Assembly (NCBI GenBank): GCA_038087875.1 | Contig: JAXLNO010000173.1 | Location: 310,001-367,127 of the forward strand | Direction: 5' to 3' | From: Malacoraja senta | Taxonomy: Eukaryota | Length of the DNA stretch: 57,127 bases | Shown here: positions 50,751 through 57,127 of the stretch, piece after piece | Layout of the letters: every line of letters begins with the position of its first letter | How positions within the stretch are numbered: the stretch's first letter is position 1 | Program-made: the position numbers and the translations under genes | The notes under the pieces: model-generated | The model's database searches: none | What the model saw: the letters and a program-made list of their open reading frames with translations, nothing else | What the model was told of the DNA's origin: nothing

Positions 50751-52038
50751 AGATACAGTTACATCTCTGGTTTTGAGATACAGAGATACAGAGAGAACTC
50801 AGAGAGAAGTAGGTGCATTTTAAGGTATTTTATTGGGAATCTGATTGCTACTGGTTAGGGCAGCATTTATTGCCCGTCTGTAATTGTCTGCGAAAAGTTG
50901 GAGTTAAAACATCCTCTTGAGCCGCTGTATTTTGGGTGGCAGTGTTGCACCATTTGCTGCAGTGTTTCGTTCAGATTAGTTTACAGATATAACTGGCCCT
51001 TCAGCCCACCAAGTCCACACCGACGTTGCTGAGGGAGAGGTCCCACTCCGCAGTAAGGTGAGGATCGTTGGATACTTTAGTGTGAACTTCACACTGTCCC
51101 AGTCCTGTTCTTTTCTATGTATTTTTATAGATTCAGCTTTTTGTGTCTATCTTTGGGTTAAACCAGCATCTGCATTTCCTTCCTACACTGTCTTTTCTAT
51201 GTTCTATGTACTGAAGGAAGATGTCAGAAAGCTCGCAGGGTGCTGGTTACTCTTCAGATTGTACATATCCTCTCGGCCTTTTAGCAAAGAACAATTATAG
51301 TATCTGTTCGAATCAGTGAGCTGAGTCAGAGGTGGATCCATGCTGATTGGGGGACTTCATGATGTCCTTACATAAATAAAATGCTTCGTACAGAATACAC
51401 TCTCCCATGGACTGAAAAACAGAATATGAAAATCTATTAAGGAAACTGTCAACCTCTGCAAACATTAGCAGCTCACAGCATTCTCTGTTTCAGTTTCTCA
51501 GTGAAGTTTTTTAAGTTCTACTTCAGATGTTTGCTGTGCATTTTAGCATTTCATAAACCAGGTTTTCAAAGTATGAATATGATAATCCAGCACAAAATCA
51601 ATAATTTGGCATATTGTAAAAATTAGTGAGTCTGGGACTCGACCCGAAACATCACCCATTCCTTCTCTCCAGAGATGCTGCCTGTCCAGCTGTTTTATTC
51701 CAGGTTTTTGTGTCTATCTTCGTAATAATTAGAGAATCAGCTGTTTGTATAATTTAATTTTGGTGTCAAAAATTGCAGCAGCTTCTTGTTCGGTTGGTGG
51801 GCTGAGGAATGGTTGATGGAATTTAATACAGAGAAATGTGAGATGCTGCACTTTGGGAGCACTAATGGGCAAAACCTACATGTTGAACGGTAGGGTTCTG
51901 GGGAGTATTGCAGAGCTGATGAGTTTAGGAAGGCTCATTTTTTCACGCTAAGGGTGGTGGGGGTATAGAATAAGGTGCTGGAGGAGGTAGCTGAGTCAGG
52001 ACTATTGCAACGTTTAAGAAACATATAGACAGGTACAT

Positions 52039-53210
52039 AGAAACATAGAAAATAGGTGCAGGAGGAAGCCATTCGGCCCTTCGAGCCAGCACCGCTATTC
52101 ATTGTGATCATGGCTGATCGTCCCCTATCAATAACCAGTGCCTGCCTTCTCCCCATATCCCTTGAGTCCACTAGCCCCGAGAGCTCTATCTAACTTTCTC
52201 TTAAATCCGTCCAGTGACTTGGCCTCCATTGCACTCTGTGGCAGGGAATTCCATAAATTCACAACTCTCTGGGTGAAAACGTTTTTTCTCACCTCAGTCT
52301 TAAATGACCTCCCCTTTATTCGAAGACTGTGGCCCCTAGTTCTGGACTCGCCCAACATTGGGAACATTTTTCTTGCATCTAGCGTGTCCAGTCCTTTTAT
52401 AATTGTATATGTTTCTATAAGGTTCCCCCTCATCCTTCTAAACTCCAGTGAACACAAGCCTAGTCTTTTCAATCTTTCCTCATATGACAGTCCCGCCATC
52501 CCAGGGGTCAATCTCGTGAACCTATGCTGCACTGCCTCAATCACAATGATGTCCTTCCTCAAATTAGGAGACCAAAACTGTACACAATACTCCAGATGTG
52601 GTTTCACCAGAGCCCTATGCAACTGCAGAAGAACCTCTTTACTCCTATACTGAAATTCCACTTGTTATGAAGGCCAACGTTCCATTAGCTTTCTTCACTG
52701 CCTGCTGTACCTGTAAGCCAACTTTCAGTGACTGGTGTACAAGGACGCCCATGTCTCGCTGCACCTCCTCCTTACCTAACCAAACCCCATTGAGATAATA
52801 ATCTGCCCCCTTGTTTTTGCCGCCAAAGTGGATAACCTCACATTTATCTATGTTATACTGCATCTGACACGCATCTGCCCACTCACTCAACCTGTCCAGG
52901 TCACCTTGCAACCTCCTAACATCGTCTTCACAGTTCACACTGCCACCCAGCTTTGTGTCATCCGCAAACTTGCTAGTGTTGCTCCTAATTCCCTCTTCCA
53001 AATCATTAATATATATGGTAAACAGTTGCGGCCCAAACACCGAGCCTTGCGGCATTCCACTCGCCACTGCCTGACATTCTGAAAAGGACCCGTTCACTCC
53101 TACTCTTTGCTTCCGGTCTGCCAACCAATTTTCTATCCATGTCAACACCCGACCCCCAATACCATGTGCTCTAATTTTAGTCACCATTCTCCCGTATGGG
53201 ACCTTATCAA
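52039..53210 (-). mobile_element. CR1 LINE 3' 1.2 kb, inserted into an older + strand CR1 (51795-53330)
   Basis: FDKVP, PQGSV, KFADDTK, LEYCVQFWSP, TRGHSL; (ACATAGAA) tail; TSD AGGTACAT at 52031-52038 and 53211-53218. Confidence 0.92.
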
Positions 53211-54149
53211 AGGTACATGGATAGGATAGGTTATATGGGCCATATGCAGGCAAGTGGGAGTAGTGTAGATGGGACATGTTTGCCGGTGTGGGAAAGCAGG
53301 GATGAAGGGCCTGTTTCCACATTTCCATCCTGGCTTGCCATCTGTGGAAACGGGGGAGCCCACCTGGAGTGGGTCCCAGGCTCGTCGTCTCCTTCTAGAG
53401 GACCATTGACTGGAGGGTGGAGAGAGCCGGCGATGGCAATGGGCGCTGGAACAAAGGGCCAGGAACAGAACCTGGGGTCTTAACTCCTTGCCCTCAAGGC
53501 CGGCTGTGGGAGCCGTCCCCCCCCCACCCCCCAACCCTCCAACCCTCACCGCTCCAACCCTCACTCCTCCCCCTCCAGGCATGAAGGCACGAAGACTGAA
53601 TACCGGAAGAGGAGAGAATGACAGTTCGCTGATGATCCGGATGGAGGCGACGGCTACAACGGGCCTTTACAATTGAACTGACACAATGCACAATTTACCC
53701 CTTCGGGAATGGCCAGGCCATTCATTACTGATCCCATCAGGAATAATGGTGCGATCTCACAAAACCATTCAATCATGCTTCCAACGGGAAACGAATTTAT
53801 ATGCAAGTCTTATAATTTTGAAAACTTATGGAAATCTTCAGTATACTGTCCCTTCAATATATCTGAAACATCAGGATTTCCAAAAAGGTAACAAATATCC
53901 AATGAGGGGAGATGAAATTGCTGTCTGATGCAGTAGCACCATCAAATAAAGTGAACTTCACACCATCTCCCAAGAATGGACTTATGTAGAGAAAAATAAC
54001 ATCGGAAATGTTTGGCCAAGTGAGGGACAAGGATGAAAGGGGTAAACATAATATATCTAGAAAATAAACTTTAAACATCAGGCCCCAGAGAACATTGTTG
54101 ATGAACAAAAAAGGGATGACGCAGATTGGAGAATAGTGAAGTCATTTGA

Positions 54150-56125
54150 CTCCCCAATACACTGGTGGGAAGCTACCTTGGAGAGCATTCGAGATTCTTC
54201 ATCCTCAAAGATGTTCAGAAAGCAAGAGAGGGTCAACGGGAATTGTACCAATTCCTGACAGACTTGCAGTATCTCATACTTTTGCATTTGAGAGGGACGA
54301 ATGTGAGGGCGGAACTCCCAGAGGTGAAGTGCCAGCAGAGTTCCCAAGATCATGTTCTCATCCAGAGTCTGCTCCATGGAGCAAGATGAGTCGCGCTCAT
54401 GCTTCTCCTTGACAAAGGCTCACAAGAGTTCTGTGATCCACCGCCTTAAAAAAGTGACAGCTCGGTAACATTGTCACATACAAACACATTGAGGATCTGT
54501 AGATCCTTCTATACTGGTCTGTAAGTCAGAAAGACATAGACAGCACAGATTCCCAGAACGCCCTGAATATGGAGATCTTGGAGGACAATAAGCTGAAGAT
54601 TCTGGACCAACTAATGATCCTGGTGGATCTGACTGGCTCCACACATTCCTTTGATTTGTATAAAATTCACGGAAGCGATGGTTTGCCGTCTGAGTTGTAC
54701 TTGGCTCTGTGTGACTCGTTGGGCCAGGCCTGCTGGAAGTGTACAATGCTATGCTTCAGTATCTCAGACTCCTTGAGGAAGGGCATCATCATCCCCATAT
54801 CCAAGCAGAATGGGGAGGAGGAGGATATTTGAATATCAGGGGTGTCTCTCGGTTCATCTACGGATCAAAGATGGAGTGGGTCAAATGGGTCACGGTGCAG
54901 GTCCACAGACAAAGGTGGCAAAAGTGTATTCAACATCGCCCTCATCCTGAGGCCTACCTACCTTCATGTGTGGCTGCATCAGGCTTTGCATAGAGCCAAA
55001 GCGTGTGAGCACCTAGGGTCATTACCTGTTGAAGCTCTATCTGTCCAGTGTTGGGAAGGTTGGCCTGGCACTGATGCCGTGCAACATGTCGGTCAGCTGT
55101 CCATTGCCGTACCACTTGTCTTTGTGGACCAGGTCCTGCAGATTAACACATTTGACAAGTCCATTTGGCAGTGGTCAGCACGGAACATCCTGTAGGCACT
55201 GCAACACAAGGACTTGGTGGATCCTGTGGCATAGTTCCACGTACAGACTGCCTAACTTGTTTGGCAAAATGCCTAATCACCAGAACTCACCAATAAACAC
55301 CAGAACCTTCCCTTGCTGATGGTGAAAGGGACCTTCCCAGTCAGATCCTTCCTGTACCATCAAAGTCTGTCAAAGGATGCATGTTGCTGCTGAGATGGCT
55401 GCTACAGAGAGGAGACGGTGATAAGGTCATGTGATAGAAGCAGAATTAGGTCACTCAGCCCATCATGTCTTTTCCGCCTTTCAATCATGGCGGCTCTATC
55501 GCTTTCTCCTAACCCCATTCTCCTGCCTTCTCCCCATAACCTCTGACACCGAATATACATTTAACAGTTGCCCACCTCTCTGCAGAAAGTGGATTTACAA
55601 AAAGGCACTGGAGACAATTTATTGTCATGGTTCATCCCAAACAGCTCCGTAACAGAGGACTATCTGATTTATGGGTTGTTCCCAGGGACACGTTGCTGTT
55701 CCCAGACAGACATCAAATGCTTCTGGAAGAAACATCAACATGACCAAAGATACTTATTCTTTCTCCCAAAACCTGTTGGTCTCCCAGCATAGCCTGATGT
55801 CCATCAGGGAATGTTGCCGATGGCCCATTCCAGACTATACAGGTATGTGCTGAATGAAGGTTGCACTGAAGCTTGGTGCAGCCAACACCACGGGTCTGTG
55901 AGGGAGGACCACCGACTAGGGTCCTTCTACTTCTGGACATGAAGGCCAGTCCAGTGGAGATGCCCCTCAAACAAGGGAATGTGTATCACCCTTGGTGGCA
56001 ACATGAGTGGCAAGGGTGTTTTGTTTAAAAATAGATGTGAGACAATGAGAATGTATGGAGAGTTCTTGCAGTTTTTATTTTGTATATACTTTTATTATAA
56101 ATAAAGTTTATTTGTGGAAAACATC
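54150..56125 (+). mobile_element. Old Tx1-clade LINE, heavily decayed
   Basis: RFFILKDVQKARE, GSDGLPSELY, DSLRKGII, KGGKSV.NIALIL, LIYGLFPGT; ends in AATAAA plus A-rich sequence near 56100. Confidence 0.7.
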
Positions 56126-56258
56126 TATTAATCATATACTTTAAGTTAATTTTGAAATACAATTTTAAAAAATAATCCTAATAATGTAAATATTAGATAT
56201 CTTAAATAATTCTGCTCCCGTCATTATTTGAAGACATGCATTTTCCTCTTCATTCTCC

Positions 56259-56611
56259 TTAGTTCCTCACTATTTCTTCGTCCCGATGGACACGTGGCAA
56301 CGTGTCGTCTCTCCAGAGTCCCAAGAACTGAATTGTGACCAGTAGCAGCGTAATATAAGTGTTCCAATGCAATTTTTGTGTATCTTCACTTTCTGCAGAT
56401 GCGTTGTTTGTTGTATTTTGATCACGGTAACATTTTTCCTGCACTTCTTTCCTGCACTCCTGCACTGATCTATCTCCAGTTTGTACAGGAATTCATGCTC
56501 CTTTATTCTGTCTTGGATATCCTCACTCTCCACTTCATCACTCAGGAGGTGGGGGTGGTACATGTGATCATTAAAACACACAGGTTGAAAAACTGCAGCA
56601 CAGTTGGCGTC
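56259..56611 (-). other. Possible exon or pseudo-exon of an unidentified minus-strand gene
   Basis: Acceptor ..gtcgttcacAG precedes a 113-codon open frame with no transposon motifs; an overlapping frame ends in a hydrophobic stretch. No homology recognised. Confidence 0.25.
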
Positions 56612-57127
56612 CTGTGAACGACAGCCAGACAAGATATTCAGCAGGTGCACGTGTAATTAAAGTAGGAACTACATTTGTACATCTATCAGATACTCATCTT
56701 CCAACCTTGTAATAGTATGTGTAGGTGCCTTCCTGGTCTACAATTGTCCTCAGACTCTTCCCGGCAGGCAGCGGAGAAGCCGAGGATGGAGCCTCGAGAA
56801 ACAGAGCCCGCGGCCGACAGAGTTGACGGAACCTGCGGCTGAGACCTGGGTCAGCGCCATGGAGGCGTCCGGAGATTACCTGGCAGCAATAGTGGAGAGG
56901 TCGGTAGATGGTGCCGACTGAGGATCAAGGACATATCACGTAAGAGTGAAGACACTGTTCCCGGAGGAAGGACAAAGGAGGACTCGGCGTGGGAGGACTG
57001 CCGGGAGGGATGGGGTAAAGAACAATGGAGGACCCAGCGTGTGGGGGACATGGCACGGGGGAGGGGGGGGATGGGGAGAACAAAGGGGGACCTTTGTTGT
57101 GTATACTTTGTAGCTTTGTAAGCGCCC

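Noticed and set aside
10141..51720. Recurring palindromic GGGTTTCGGCCCGAAAC units as a CRISPR-like array
   Set aside because: They are dispersed, in both orientations, flanked by TSDs and lack regular spacers; they are Penelope terminal repeats in eukaryotic DNA.

Overview
Repeat-dense vertebrate genomic DNA. The repeat inventory (V-SINEs, CR1 LINEs with CTATTGT/ACATAGAA tails, Neptune-type Penelope elements, Deu-domain SINEs) points to a cartilaginous fish, probably a skate or ray (inference). One host gene is well supported: a + strand, multi-exon group B SRCR type I membrane receptor of the CD163/WC1/SCART family (about 12.2-27.0 kb). It has six SRCR exons, a Pro/Ser/Thr stalk micro-exon, a TM exon containing a Glu, and four cytoplasmic exons carrying YEEI and YDD tyrosine motifs. 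All exons splice in phase 1 into an open frame of about 848 aa; no signal-peptide exon was found. Most of the rest is nested, decayed mobile DNA: L1, BEL/Pao, a non-autonomous hAT, Penelope, CR1, DIRS, a Tc1 carrying an RNase H-bearing Nimb/I LINE, and Tx1. The most striking non-genic signal is a family of short Penelope-derived elements carrying a minimal hammerhead ribozyme core. At least six insert on their own with 12-15 bp target-site duplications, two have inverted ends, and one has captured 29 nt of a neighbouring exon of the host gene. Coordinates were read by eye; TE boundaries without TSD/TIR evidence are approximate.
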